From the sequence record OQ417969.1: a DNA stretch of 64,000 nt; one strand, 5' to 3'. The position numbers and the translations under genes are program-made. The notes under the pieces were generated by a model. That model was not told where the DNA came from, did not search any database, and saw only the letters and a list, made by a program, of their open reading frames with translations. Positions 36,506-46,780 of the stretch are shown in pieces. How positions within the stretch are numbered: the stretch's first letter is position 1; each line of letters opens with the position of its first letter. The stretch is from Mycobacterium phage prophiT37-1.

Positions 36506-36882
36506 CCCAACCCGCCCTCCACGACCCGCTGCTGCGAGCAGTGGTCGACGAGGCAGGTCTGACCATGACCTGCAACCTATGGCTCCAAGGAGACCCAGTC
36601 ATGTTCCACAGCACCCCCGCCAGTCACGTCGACATCGAGCACCGGTTCAACTACCACCGACCCGATGTCGACCAGGTCACCCGACACGAGAGCATCCGTG
36701 GGAAGTGCCGGGACCTGGCGCACGACCTCGACTCGATCCTCCCGCCGGGCCGCGAGAAGTCCCTCGCGTTGACCAAGCTGGAGGAAGTCCTGATGTGGGG
36801 CAACGCAGCCATCGCCCGCGAGGTCCCACGGGAGCCGATCGCCAACGCCCACCAGCCCGTCATCCAGGACCACCACGCATGA
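36499..36882 (+). CDS. hypothetical protein
   Basis: GTG start overlapping the upstream stop. Confidence 0.4.
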   Translation: MLTQPALHDPLLRAVVDEAGLTMTCNLWLQGDPVMFHSTPASHVDIEHRFNYHRPDVDQVTRHESIRGKCRDLAHDLDSILPPGREKSLALTKLEEVLMWGNAAIAREVPREPIANAHQPVIQDHHA

Positions 36883-37322
36883 CCACCGCAGAGCAGGTCC
36901 ACCAGGACGCCGTCGCTGGCCCGAAGGTCACCGTGGTCACCGTCAGCGGCGACCGCCAGCACGGCAAGACGCACATCCTGCTCGACCTCGTCGCCGGTGA
37001 GCTTCGGCGCGGCCGGTTCGTGCTGTACGAGACGTCGGACTGGCCCGTGGCGCAGGAGCACCACCGCAACCTCGTCGACGTCCATCTCATACCGGGCATC
37101 GACGTGCTGGAGCGGGTCTGCCGCAGTGCTAACGACCTGTCCGTCCGGCACCGTTCCGGCGGCCGGGTCCAGTTCCTGTCCATCGGCCGGAGCCGCAGCG
37201 GTGCGCACTACCGGGCCGACACGTACGTGTTCGACGACGTCCCGGTACCGCGGGAGCTGCTATACGGTCCGCCCGCCCGCATATATCACGCGCCCCGCGC
37301 CGATGATCGGCCGTTCTGGTGA
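36879..37322 (+). CDS. small P-loop (Walker A) protein
   Basis: VSGDRQHGKT matches GxxxxGKT. Confidence 0.4.
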   Translation: MTTAEQVHQDAVAGPKVTVVTVSGDRQHGKTHILLDLVAGELRRGRFVLYETSDWPVAQEHHRNLVDVHLIPGIDVLERVCRSANDLSVRHRSGGRVQFLSIGRSRSGAHYRADTYVFDDVPVPRELLYGPPARIYHAPRADDRPFW

Positions 37323-37750
37323 GCAACCAGCGCACCATCCGCGCCGTCATCCCGGTCCTTCCCGACATGGACATGGACCAGGTGCTCTGGCACACCCGCG
37401 AGTCGATTGAGACCACCGCGGCGGCCGACGGCCTCACCGTTGTCGCGGTCACGTCGGCCGTAATACCGGTCGACGCCCTGCCGAAGGACCCGAACACCGG
37501 TGTACCGCTCGCAGCCGCCAACCTTGACCGGCCACTCGCCGAGTACACGTTCTGCGAGTTTGTAGCGACCGTGGAGCGACCCGAGGCTGACACCAGTAAC
37601 CCCCCATGCGGCTACTGCGGACACCCCTCCCACGCCGACGGCAAGTGCGAGCACCCGGCACCCGACTGGCTCGGCGGCCCAGACGCCCTGTGCACCAGCT
37701 GCCCCGGTGACGCCGACGTCCGCGGCCATAAACCCGTGGGTCTCCACTGA
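37319..37750 (+). CDS. hypothetical protein
   Basis: ORF. Confidence 0.45.
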   Translation: MSNQRTIRAVIPVLPDMDMDQVLWHTRESIETTAAADGLTVVAVTSAVIPVDALPKDPNTGVPLAAANLDRPLAEYTFCEFVATVERPEADTSNPPCGYCGHPSHADGKCEHPAPDWLGGPDALCTSCPGDADVRGHKPVGLH

Positions 37751-38052
37751 TGACCGGCCAGCGCGTAGGCGTCGTGATCGACGGCGTTGTGTACATCGAC
37801 CACGTGAGTGGCAAGAAATATTCAGGGGTCCACGTCACTGACGGACTTACACCTGATTTAGAACCATCCGCCTGCCCGTCGCGCCGGTCACCGGACCCAC
37901 TCGCCCGTGCCCTCGCGCTCATCACCGACGCTCACGACACGGTCCGCTATCTGACCGCGCCCCGCTGGAAGCGGCCACTGCTGCGCATGCTCACCAAACA
38001 CAAGCATTGCCGCGGTCGAGCACTCCGGCTCCTGCAACCTGGGCGTTCCTAG
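37750..38052 (+). CDS. hypothetical protein
   Basis: ORF. Confidence 0.4.
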   Translation: MTGQRVGVVIDGVVYIDHVSGKKYSGVHVTDGLTPDLEPSACPSRRSPDPLARALALITDAHDTVRYLTAPRWKRPLLRMLTKHKHCRGRALRLLQPGRS

Positions 38053-38297
38053 TGAAGGAGCAGGTCACCCAGTCGAGCGGTTCCGTCATCCGTCTGGACG
38101 ACCACCGCACCGTGGCCACCTCTAACCACCGCTGCATCAAGTGCGGTAGTGAGTGGTTCCGGCTGGACGGCACCCTGGCCGGACCCGGCGCACCCGCCCA
38201 CGGCGCCGTGGTCCTGGCCGCGGACGACCGCATCCGCATCACCGGCTACTGCGGCACACCCCGCTGCCTGGAGTGCGGCCACCTGGTGGCGGTCTAG
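38052..38297 (+). CDS. small zinc-ribbon protein
   Basis: CIKCG...CLECG. Confidence 0.35.
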   Translation: MKEQVTQSSGSVIRLDDHRTVATSNHRCIKCGSEWFRLDGTLAGPGAPAHGAVVLAADDRIRITGYCGTPRCLECGHLVAV

Positions 38298-39049
38298 TGC
38301 TGTACGTGGTGACTGGCCCGCCTGCCGCTGGCAAGTCCACGTGGGTACAGGCCAACGCCCAGCCCGGCGACATCACCATCGACTACGACGCCATCGCCAG
38401 CGTCCTCACCCCGCCCCACGGTGACCCCCACAGCCACCCCGAGCATGTGAAGGCCGTAACGAAGGCAGCCCGGCAGGCAGCCATAGACGCCGCCGTCCTA
38501 CTGATCGCCACCACCGACGTGTACGTCATCCACTCCACCCCCAGCGAGGCCCTGCTCACCAAGTACCGGGCACTGGGCGCAGAGGTCGTCACCATCAACC
38601 CCGGCAAGGACGTAGTACTCGCCCGCGCCCAGCAGCAGCGGCCCCACAACATCCAGCAGGCAGCACGCCACTGGTACGAGACCCACGACGAAGCGCCCAC
38701 CACACCCGTGGACCCCGCCAACGTCCAGGGCCTGGATGCAGACGGACGCCCACGCTCCCGCGCCTACCGCAAGCTCGTCGCCGACTTCCGCACAGCCTGC
38801 GCCCACCACACCAACGACGACGGCACCACCGGCGCACCCTGCTGGATCTGCCACCACCCCATCGACTACACCATCACCGACCCCTACCACCCCGACGTCT
38901 TCAACGCCGACCACGCCGCACCCGTCAAGGAACGCCCCGAGCTGGCCATGGACATCAACAACCTCCGGCCCTCCCATCGCGACTGCAACCTCAAACGCGG
39001 CACCGACGACGCCCACATCGACATCGGTTTGCCCTCAGAGCAGTGGTGA
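38297..39049 (+). CDS. P-loop kinase-like domain fused to HNH endonuclease
   Basis: N-terminal VVTGPPAAGKST Walker A; C-terminal CWICHH...NLRPSHRDCNLKRG HNH motif; sits just upstream of the terminase genes. Confidence 0.6.
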   Translation: MLYVVTGPPAAGKSTWVQANAQPGDITIDYDAIASVLTPPHGDPHSHPEHVKAVTKAARQAAIDAAVLLIATTDVYVIHSTPSEALLTKYRALGAEVVTINPGKDVVLARAQQQRPHNIQQAARHWYETHDEAPTTPVDPANVQGLDADGRPRSRAYRKLVADFRTACAHHTNDDGTTGAPCWICHHPIDYTITDPYHPDVFNADHAAPVKERPELAMDINNLRPSHRDCNLKRGTDDAHIDIGLPSEQW

Positions 39050-39228
39050 CGCTGAAACGCCCTGTACGCCCCCGTGCCACAGAGGACCGATGACACCCGA
39101 CACCCCACAAACGGCCGTCTCAGGGCCAACCAGAGGGGTAAGGGGCCTCCGAAACTTCAAACGCCCAGCCGAGGCCCATGCCGCCCGGCTTGTGTCCTCC
39201 CCCCCCGACGAAAGTTGACGGAATCCAC

Positions 39229-40740
39229 ATGGCCATGACCCCCGAGGACCTGGTCGTCCGAGTGTTTGCTGTAACCGACTTGAGGACTTTCGCCGGCAAT
39301 CCGCGCCGGGGCCAGGTCGACGCCATCGTCCAGTCGCTGTCCCGTCATGGCCAGTACCGGCCGATTGTCGTCAATGCGGGCACTAAGACAGGTCGCCCGA
39401 TGGAGGTGCTGGCGGGCAACCACACCCTCCTGGCGGCCCGCAAGCTGGGCTGGGACACCATCAGTGCCACGTTGCTGGACGTGTCCGAGCAGCAGGCCAA
39501 GGCCATCGTCGCGGCCGACAACCGTTTGTCCGACCTGGGCGACTACGACACCGCCGAACTGCTGGCGCTCCTGGAGGGCTTGGACGAGCTGGACGGTACC
39601 GGTTACACGGCGGCCGACCTGGAGGAGCTGGCGTCCGAGCTGACCGTGCCGGACGGAGACGGTGCGGTGTCCGATGCCAAGAGCACGCTGGCCTCCCGGT
39701 TCGGGGTTCCACCGTTCACGGTGCTCGATGCCAAGCAGGGCGCCTGGAAGCAACGGGTTAAGGCGTGGAAGGCGCTCGGAATCGCCTCGGCGTCCGGCCG
39801 CTCGGTCGATACAGAAGGTGGGTCGGATGCCCGTGCCGCAACGGGCATCATGGCGTTCAAGGCGCCTCAGTCGATCTACGCCAACTGGTACGAGATCAAG
39901 AACGCCGCTGAGAAGAAGATCGGCCGGACGTTGACCACCGCCGAGATCATGGAGCGCTACGGCGACGAGCTGAAGTTCTACGCCGAGGGCGGCGCCATCT
40001 CGGTATTCGACCCGGTGCTCGCCGAGCTGCTGGTGTCGTGGTTCTCACCGGTGGAGGCCGACGTCATCGACCCATGGTCCGGCGGCTCGGTCCGGGGTGT
40101 CGTATCGGCCGCCCTCGGCCGCAGGTACACCGGCATCGACCTGTCCGGTGACCAGCTGGCGGTGAACGGGGAACAGTGGGCGGTGGTGGAACCGCGACTC
40201 CCGCAGATGGCCACGACCGTCACGGCACCGCAGTGGATTCAGGGCGACTCTCGCGACGTTCTCAAGACCCTGGATGACGAGTCGTTCGACATGATGATCG
40301 GCTGCCCGCCCTACTACGACCTGGAGCAGTACTCCAAGGACCCGGCCGACCTGTCGGCCATGTCCACGGACGAGTTCGACGCCGCCTTCATCGAGACCAT
40401 CGCCGAGGTGGCCCGGGTGCTGCGGCCCGACTCGTTCGCGGCACTCGTGGTCGGGTCAGCCCGCGACAAGCGCGGGGACCTACGCGATATGCGATCCCTG
40501 GTTTCCCGCGCGGCCGAGGCCACCGGAATGAAGCTCGCCAACGACGCCGTACTCCTGACCGCCATCGGGTCCAACGCCGCCCGCGCGGCGCGCCCCTTCT
40601 CCAAAGGTCGCGCACTGGGCCGGGTGCACCAGGACATCTTGGTGTTGGTGAAGGGCGACCGGATACGGGCTGCACGCCGTTGCGGGGAGGAAGTCACCTT
40701 GATCGCGGAACCCGAGCTGGACGAGGACGGTGAGGATTGA
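39229..40740 (+). CDS. ParB-like nuclease domain fused to DNA methyltransferase
   Basis: N-terminal QYRPIVVN...LAGNHTLLAARKLG is ParB-like; MTase motif I-like DPWSGGS and motif IV CPPYYD. Confidence 0.7.
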   Translation: MAMTPEDLVVRVFAVTDLRTFAGNPRRGQVDAIVQSLSRHGQYRPIVVNAGTKTGRPMEVLAGNHTLLAARKLGWDTISATLLDVSEQQAKAIVAADNRLSDLGDYDTAELLALLEGLDELDGTGYTAADLEELASELTVPDGDGAVSDAKSTLASRFGVPPFTVLDAKQGAWKQRVKAWKALGIASASGRSVDTEGGSDARAATGIMAFKAPQSIYANWYEIKNAAEKKIGRTLTTAEIMERYGDELKFYAEGGAISVFDPVLAELLVSWFSPVEADVIDPWSGGSVRGVVSAALGRRYTGIDLSGDQLAVNGEQWAVVEPRLPQMATTVTAPQWIQGDSRDVLKTLDDESFDMMIGCPPYYDLEQYSKDPADLSAMSTDEFDAAFIETIAEVARVLRPDSFAALVVGSARDKRGDLRDMRSLVSRAAEATGMKLANDAVLLTAIGSNAARAARPFSKGRALGRVHQDILVLVKGDRIRAARRCGEEVTLIAEPELDEDGED

Positions 40741-41189
40741 TGCGCGCTGCCGAGCGCCTGGAGCGGGATATGAAGGCGGTGCGGCTGTTCATCGCGGGGA
40801 AGTCATTCCGCGCCATCCAGGAGGCGTGCGGCTACAACACCCTGGCCGCCTGCCACAAGGCGGTACGCCGCGAGATGGCGAAGTCAGAGCGGCGCGACCT
40901 GCTCCGCGACAAGGCTTTCGACGTCTACCTGGAGCGGCTGGAGGCGTTGTGGGCCGCCCACTACCCGCGGGCTGTCGCCGGGGACACCCGAGCTGCTGAA
41001 CACTGCCGCCGCGTCGCTCAACAGGAGGCCCGGCTATTCGGGCTTGAGCCCGCCGCCGGAAGCCGGGTTGGCGGAGACCCGCCGGACCCCGACGGCACCG
41101 AAGACGACGAGAGCACCGAGGGCAGTGGCGATGCCACCGGTGACAACGTGAGTGACCTCGACGAGTGGCGTTCTCGACAGAACGCTTAG
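40737..41189 (+). CDS. terminase small subunit
   Basis: small HTH-like protein with acidic C-terminus, immediately upstream of and overlapping the large terminase. Confidence 0.5.
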   Translation: MMRAAERLERDMKAVRLFIAGKSFRAIQEACGYNTLAACHKAVRREMAKSERRDLLRDKAFDVYLERLEALWAAHYPRAVAGDTRAAEHCRRVAQQEARLFGLEPAAGSRVGGDPPDPDGTEDDESTEGSGDATGDNVSDLDEWRSRQNA

Positions 41190-42762
41190 GGGACACACGG
41201 TCCCCAGGCTGTTCACGCCACCCCTAGCTGATCACTGCGACCCCGACCTACCCGAGACCTGCGAATGCGGGTGTGGCCTAAACCCCGCTACCTCGTGGGG
41301 CTTTGGCTGCATCGACTTTCTCGAGAACGTCGTCAACTGGGAGCTTCTGCCGTACCAGAAGTGGCTTTACATCCACGCCCTGGAGAAGGGCGCCAACGGA
41401 ACCGGATTCAGGTTCCGCACCGTCTGCATTTTGATCGCCCGCCAGAACGGCAAAACCCAGTGGCTGCGCGGCCTCGGCCTCTGGCGCCTGTACCTCAACA
41501 AGACCGGCCGCCCGATGGTCGGGAAGCCACCGGCGGCGAAAACGGTCCTGATCGCCGCGCAGGGCCTGGAGTACGCCGAGGCGACGCTGGGCGAAGTCGT
41601 CATCAACGTCGACGAATGCCCAGCCCTCAAGCGGGAATTCGTCAAGCACGTACAGACGAACGGCAAGCACCGCATGCTGCTGACTGGCCGCCGGTCATGG
41701 CGCGCGGTCGCCGCAAACCGCAAGGGCGGCCGTTCCTTCTCCGTCGATCTGGCGCAGCTGGACGAGCTGCGCGAGCACCACGACTGGCTGGCCTGGGATG
41801 CCATCGTCCCGACCACTACGGCCCGGCCGAACAGCCAAGTTGTCTGCGCATCCAACGCCGGTGACAAGCGGTCCATGGTGCTTCGTTCTGTCCGGCAGGG
41901 CTGCCTAGAAGACATCTACCGGCGGGACACCGACGGCACCAGCACCGGCCTATTCGAGTGGTCGGCACCGGACGACGCCGAGCCGAGCAACCGGTCGGTG
42001 TGGCCCATGGCCAACCCCGCCCTCGGCTGGCTGCCGGGCCACGACGAGGAGTCACTGGCCGCCAAGTACGAGGCGAAGCGCGGCGACATCGCCGGATTCA
42101 AGACCGAGCACCTATGCCAATGGGTCGACACCTTGTTGCCCGGAATCATCGAGCCCGAGCACTGGGCGGAAACGATGGACCCGGACTCACGCAGGGCTGA
42201 GGGGGCGCCTGTGTGGGCTGCCGTAGACGTCAACTTCCAACGCTCCCGCGCATATATCGCCATCGCGGCGCGCCGCGCGGACGGCCTTCTACACGTCGAA
42301 GTCGTGAAGGCCGGACGCGGAACCGACTGGATCATCCCGTGGTTCACCGACTCCACACGCGCCGGAAAGTTCGTCGCAGTGGCTGTACAGGTCCGCGGTG
42401 CGCCAGCCTCCGGGCTGATCGAGGGCATGGAAAAGGCCGAAATCCCAGTGCTGGAGTGGGGCGGCCCGGACCTCGCGAAGGCGTGCGGCGACTTCTACGA
42501 CGGCCTCGTGCAACGCGGCATCAAGCACCGGCCCCAGGCAGCACTAGACACCGCCGCCGCATCCGCCGCAGCGAAATCACTAGGCGACGCATGGGTATTC
42601 GACCGCAAGGGAAGCCCGGTCGACGCCTCTCCGCTGGTTGCCTGCGCCGCGGCGGCGTGGGCCGAATCCAAGGGGATACCAGAGCCAGAACCGGTACCCG
42701 TAATCCATGAATGGCCCGACGACGAGGAGATCGCGCGATGGGAACGAGGGGAGTTTGAGTGA
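41152..42762 (+). CDS. terminase large subunit
   Basis: LPYQKWLYIHALEKGANGTGFRFRTVCILIARQNGKTQW ATPase region; nuclease domain follows; precise start uncertain. Confidence 0.8.
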   Translation: MTSTSGVLDRTLRGHTVPRLFTPPLADHCDPDLPETCECGCGLNPATSWGFGCIDFLENVVNWELLPYQKWLYIHALEKGANGTGFRFRTVCILIARQNGKTQWLRGLGLWRLYLNKTGRPMVGKPPAAKTVLIAAQGLEYAEATLGEVVINVDECPALKREFVKHVQTNGKHRMLLTGRRSWRAVAANRKGGRSFSVDLAQLDELREHHDWLAWDAIVPTTTARPNSQVVCASNAGDKRSMVLRSVRQGCLEDIYRRDTDGTSTGLFEWSAPDDAEPSNRSVWPMANPALGWLPGHDEESLAAKYEAKRGDIAGFKTEHLCQWVDTLLPGIIEPEHWAETMDPDSRRAEGAPVWAAVDVNFQRSRAYIAIAARRADGLLHVEVVKAGRGTDWIIPWFTDSTRAGKFVAVAVQVRGAPASGLIEGMEKAEIPVLEWGGPDLAKACGDFYDGLVQRGIKHRPQAALDTAAASAAAKSLGDAWVFDRKGSPVDASPLVACAAAAWAESKGIPEPEPVPVIHEWPDDEEIARWERGEFE

Positions 42763-42932
42763 TCAGGTTTGCCGTAGCAACGCTCGTTGAGCTGCTAGGA
42801 ATCTTCGCGATTGTCGCTGGCGTGTGGGTAATTTACCCCCCAGCAGGGTTAATTGTCACCGGAATAGGTTGTGTAGCAATAGGTTTAGCGATAGACCCGC
42901 CTCCTAGCCGTGAGCGGCGGACTGAGCAGTGA
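42759..42932 (+). CDS. small membrane protein (57 aa)
   Basis: GTGA-coupled; two hydrophobic helices; fills the gap between terminase and portal. Confidence 0.3.
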   Translation: MIRFAVATLVELLGIFAIVAGVWVIYPPAGLIVTGIGCVAIGLAIDPPPSRERRTEQ

Positions 42933-44236
42933 GCTTCCTGTCCCGCATCTTCACCGGCGCGCCCGCGGTGGAGGAGCGGGCCATCACCAGCTCGTCGTTT
43001 GTGCCCACCCCGGCCGAGGACGCCGCGATGAACGGCATGTACGGGTACGGGTCCATGACGCCGACGGGCACCCGCGAGATGCAGGTCGCCGCCTTCTCCG
43101 CCTGCGTAACGCTTCTCGCCGACACCATCGCCGCACTGCCGCTTGTCGCGTACCGGCGTCAGGGCAAGACCAAGGTGGCCCTCGATCCCCAGCCCGTCAT
43201 CGTCCAACAGCCTTACGTCGAAAACACGATCTTCGACTGGGTCTGGATGCTGGTTGAAGCGCTGGCTGTAACTGGAAACGGCTACGGCTACATAACATCT
43301 CGCGGACCAGACGACCGGCCACGTGGCATCATGCCCGTCCATCCCGACTGCATCACAGTGGAGATGCCCGACAAGGACCGGTGGCCCAACCCCAACTATT
43401 ACGTTGAGGGCAGCAAGGTCGACCGCTCCGACATCCTCCACATTAAGCGTTACCCCATCGCCGGAGCGGCACTCGGACTGTCCCCTGTACAACGCGCAGC
43501 AGCAGCCGTGGGCATCGCCCTTGCCGCAGAACGATACGGCCTCAACTACTTCCGCGACTCAGCCAACCCCAGCTCCGTCCTTGAAACAGACCTCGTCCTA
43601 GACGCCACCGCAACCAAGAATCTGCAACAGCAATGGATCGCCAGCCATGGCGGCCGTCGCCGCCCCGCGATCCTGTCTGGCGGGGTGAAGTGGCGTCCAA
43701 TCGCCATATCGCCCAACGAGTCCCAGTTCCTGGAGACGCGCAAGTACCAGCGCGGTGAGATCGCCATGCTGTTCCGTATCCCGCCCCACATGATCGGCGA
43801 CACCGAGAAGACGACCTCATGGGGTACTGGCATCGAGCAGCAGTCCACCGGCTTCGTCCGGTACACCCTGCGCCCCTGGCTCATCTGCATTGAGCAGCAA
43901 CTGTCCGCACTGCTTCCGCGCGGCGTTTTCGTGAAGTTCGACGTCAACGACCTGCTCCGCGGCGACATCAAGTCCCTATGGACGTCCTACAAGGCCGGTC
44001 GCGACGCCGGTGTCTACAGCGTCAACGACATCCGCGAACGCGAGGACATGGAACCGGTTGAGGGCGGCGACATCCGGCTGCAACCTACCAACATGGCGCC
44101 CCTGGGCTGGACGCCCCCGGACCCACCCGGGACGTCCGAGGCAGAGCCAGAACCCGAGGACGACGAGACCCCCGAAGAAGAACCGGCCGACGAGGACGAC
44201 GAGGACGAAGAAGGCACGGGACAGGAGGACCAATGA
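42929..44236 (+). CDS. portal protein
   Basis: position after the terminase; length and acidic DE-rich C-terminus. Confidence 0.75.
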   Translation: MSFLSRIFTGAPAVEERAITSSSFVPTPAEDAAMNGMYGYGSMTPTGTREMQVAAFSACVTLLADTIAALPLVAYRRQGKTKVALDPQPVIVQQPYVENTIFDWVWMLVEALAVTGNGYGYITSRGPDDRPRGIMPVHPDCITVEMPDKDRWPNPNYYVEGSKVDRSDILHIKRYPIAGAALGLSPVQRAAAAVGIALAAERYGLNYFRDSANPSSVLETDLVLDATATKNLQQQWIASHGGRRRPAILSGGVKWRPIAISPNESQFLETRKYQRGEIAMLFRIPPHMIGDTEKTTSWGTGIEQQSTGFVRYTLRPWLICIEQQLSALLPRGVFVKFDVNDLLRGDIKSLWTSYKAGRDAGVYSVNDIREREDMEPVEGGDIRLQPTNMAPLGWTPPDPPGTSEAEPEPEDDETPEEEPADEDDEDEEGTGQEDQ

Positions 44237-45117
44237 CCACCAACACCATTCGCGCCGACCGCGACAACCGCAAGGACGTCTGGGAGCACCGCCGGACATC
44301 CTCGTTCGAAGTCCGCGAGGACAGCGACACCATCACCCTCACCGGGTACGCGTCGACGTTCGAGCCCTACGAGATGTACGGCGGCCCCGACGCTGGCGGC
44401 TGGATCGAGCAGCTGGACAGGGCCGCTTTCACTAACACCCTCCGTGAGAAGCCGGACCTCCACCTGCTGATCAACCACGAGGGCATGCCGCTTGCGCGCA
44501 CCAAGTCCGACACCCTCCAGCTGAGCGTCGACCGGCACGGCCTCAAGGTCACAGCCCAGCTCGACCGGTCCGACCCCGACGTACAACGGCTGGAGCCGAA
44601 GATGCGCCGCAAGGACATGGACGAGATGTCCTTCGCGTTCCGCGTGAAGGGCCAGAAGTGGGAGTGCACCGAGGAATTCCCGGAGGACAACTACGCCCTC
44701 CGCACCATCACTGAGGTCTCGCTGCACAAGGGAGATGTGTCCGTGGTCAACTTCGGCGCCAACCCCACCACCAGCGCCGAACTCAAGTCAGTCGACCAGG
44801 CCCTCGCGTTCCTGGCCGACTGCGACCCCGGCGCGCTCGCTGAAATCCGATCCGACGGGGAACTTCTCCGCCGAGCACGCGCTGTCCTGAACTCCCTCGG
44901 CAGCATCGACAAGGTTGCCGCGGTACAGGCGGCCCATACCACCGCCCGCGCCGCCGCAGACGCTGCGTCTGCCGCAGCCCAGGTTCTGCAATCTCGGTCC
45001 GAGGATGACGCCCCCAAGGGCATGTCGCTACGAGAAGCCATGGCCCGCCAGGGCTTTGCGTCTGAGGATGGCTCCGTGTTGTCCCTCAGTGACGCGCTTG
45101 CAGTCGTCGACCAGTAA
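44233..45117 (+). CDS. HK97-type prohead protease
   Basis: position between portal and capsid; TGYASTFEPYEM...LLINHEGMPLARTKS..L resembles the S78 family. Confidence 0.65.
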   Translation: MTTNTIRADRDNRKDVWEHRRTSSFEVREDSDTITLTGYASTFEPYEMYGGPDAGGWIEQLDRAAFTNTLREKPDLHLLINHEGMPLARTKSDTLQLSVDRHGLKVTAQLDRSDPDVQRLEPKMRRKDMDEMSFAFRVKGQKWECTEEFPEDNYALRTITEVSLHKGDVSVVNFGANPTTSAELKSVDQALAFLADCDPGALAEIRSDGELLRRARAVLNSLGSIDKVAAVQAAHTTARAAADAASAAAQVLQSRSEDDAPKGMSLREAMARQGFASEDGSVLSLSDALAVVDQ

Positions 45118-45169
45118 CACCCGGCGCCGGTAGGCGCCCCACTAATTCCACCCGACGCACCAACCACAA

Positions 45170-45196
45170 GGCCCCCGACACCCCGGGGGCCTTTTT
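45170..45196 (+). terminator. intrinsic terminator-like hairpin between protease and capsid genes
   Basis: GGCCCCCG-acaccc-CGGGGGCC followed by TTTTT. Confidence 0.55.
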
Positions 45197-45310
45197 CGTG
45201 CGCCGGGTCGAACGGCCTGCCCCCGCTAGGGGCCGCCGGTGCCCCGCTCGGGCCGCCCCCATTGCAAATCCAAACGCCCCCAGGGGCATCCACGAAAGGA
45301 ACGAACCTCC

Positions 45311-46690
45311 ATGGAGGAGCGTCTCAAGCGGCTCATGGAGCTGCGCGCCAAGGCCGAGTCCGAGCTGGAAACCCTGCTCGCGAAGCGCACGGCCATCACC
45401 GACATCGTCAAGGAAGAGGCCCGCCAGGACCTCACCCCTGAGGAAGACGTCGAATTCCGCGCCAAGTCCGCCGAGATCAAGGCCAAGCAGGGCGAGATCG
45501 CGGGCTACAACGAGCGCATCCAGGAGCTGTCCGACGAAATCGAGCGGTCCGGGAAGCTGAGCGACGAGGCCGCCAAGGTCCGTCGCGCACAGGCCCGGGT
45601 CGAGTCGGTCAAGGAGGCAGCTGCCTACGCCAAGGGCAACGGCCGGTCCTACCTCCAGGACCTCATGCGGGTCCAGCGGAACATGGACGACAACGGCCAG
45701 AGCCTGGAACGGCTCCAGCGTCACGCCCAGGACGTCGCCAACGACGCCGAGTACCGGGACCTGGACCGCACCGACGGCAACGGCGGCTACTTCGTGCCCC
45801 CGGCCTGGCTGGTCAACCAGTACGTGCCCCTGGCGCGCGCTGGCCGCGCCTACGCCAACCTGGTCACCTCGCAGCCGCTGCCATCCGGCACCGACAGCAT
45901 CAACATCCCCAAGGTCACCGCGGGGACCGCGACTGCTGTACAGACGGCCGATAACGCGGCCGTCGCCGAGCAGGACCTCGACGACAACTTCATCGAGGCC
46001 AAGGTGCGGACCGTCGCCGGTCAGCAGGACGTCGCCATCCAGCTCCTGGATCAATCGCCCGTCAACTTCGACGAGGTCGTCTTCCAGGATCTGATCGCCG
46101 ACTTCGGCACCAAGCTGGACCTCCAGGTCCTCGCAGGTTCCGGGGCCAGCGGCCAGGTGCTGGGTGTCCACGGCACCCCGGGCATCGGCACCATCGCCAT
46201 CACCGCGCTGACGGTGGCCTCGTTCTACGCGGCCATCGCCGACGCGATCCAGCGAGTACACACCAGCCGGTTCCTGCCCCCGACGCACATCGTGATGCAC
46301 CCCCGCCGTTGGGGCTGGCTCACCGCGTCGCTGGACGGCGACCAGCGTCCGCTCGTGCTGCCTGCGGCCAACGCGCCGCAGAACGCCCTCGCCACCCTGG
46401 ACGCCGTCGCGTCCCAGCAGGTGGTCGGCCAGCTCCAGGGCCTGCCGGTGGTGACCGACCCCAACATCGGCACCGCGTACGGCACCGGCACCAACGAGGA
46501 CGTTGTGTACGTGCAGCGTTCCGCTGACCTGCTGCTATTCGAGTCGGGTATCCGTACCCGCACCCTGCCGGAGCCGGGCGCGAAGAACCTGACGGTGTGC
46601 CTCCAGGTGTACGGCTACCTGGCCTTCACCGCCGGGCGCTACCCGCAGTCCGTGGTCGAGATCGGCGGACTGACCCCGCCCGCTTTCTGA
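45311..46690 (+). CDS. major capsid protein (HK97 fold) with N-terminal coiled-coil delta/scaffold-like region
   Basis: position; coiled-coil N-terminus; 459 aa. Confidence 0.75.
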   Translation: MEERLKRLMELRAKAESELETLLAKRTAITDIVKEEARQDLTPEEDVEFRAKSAEIKAKQGEIAGYNERIQELSDEIERSGKLSDEAAKVRRAQARVESVKEAAAYAKGNGRSYLQDLMRVQRNMDDNGQSLERLQRHAQDVANDAEYRDLDRTDGNGGYFVPPAWLVNQYVPLARAGRAYANLVTSQPLPSGTDSINIPKVTAGTATAVQTADNAAVAEQDLDDNFIEAKVRTVAGQQDVAIQLLDQSPVNFDEVVFQDLIADFGTKLDLQVLAGSGASGQVLGVHGTPGIGTIAITALTVASFYAAIADAIQRVHTSRFLPPTHIVMHPRRWGWLTASLDGDQRPLVLPAANAPQNALATLDAVASQQVVGQLQGLPVVTDPNIGTAYGTGTNEDVVYVQRSADLLLFESGIRTRTLPEPGAKNLTVCLQVYGYLAFTAGRYPQSVVEIGGLTPPAF

Positions 46691-46703
46691 CCCACCGCTA
46701 GGC

Positions 46704-46736
46704 CACCCACCGTCCCGTAACCCGGGGCGGTGGGTG
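46704..46736 (+). terminator. GC-rich hairpin after capsid gene (terminator-like, no U-tract)
   Basis: CACCCACCG...CGGTGGGTG, 9-bp perfect stem. Confidence 0.4.
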
Positions 46737-46780
46737 CGCCCAGCACCCCGGCACGACAACAACAGAGGAGCTGAAATCCC

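Noticed and set aside
45086-46300. Long antisense ORFs inside structural genes (for example 45086..46300 minus at 404 aa, 56490..57806 minus at 438 aa, 21279..22322 minus at 347 aa, 9541..10374 minus)
   Set aside because: Typical stop-poor antisense frames of high-GC DNA. They overlap well-supported + strand genes with translational coupling and have Arg/Gly/Ala-rich low-complexity translations.
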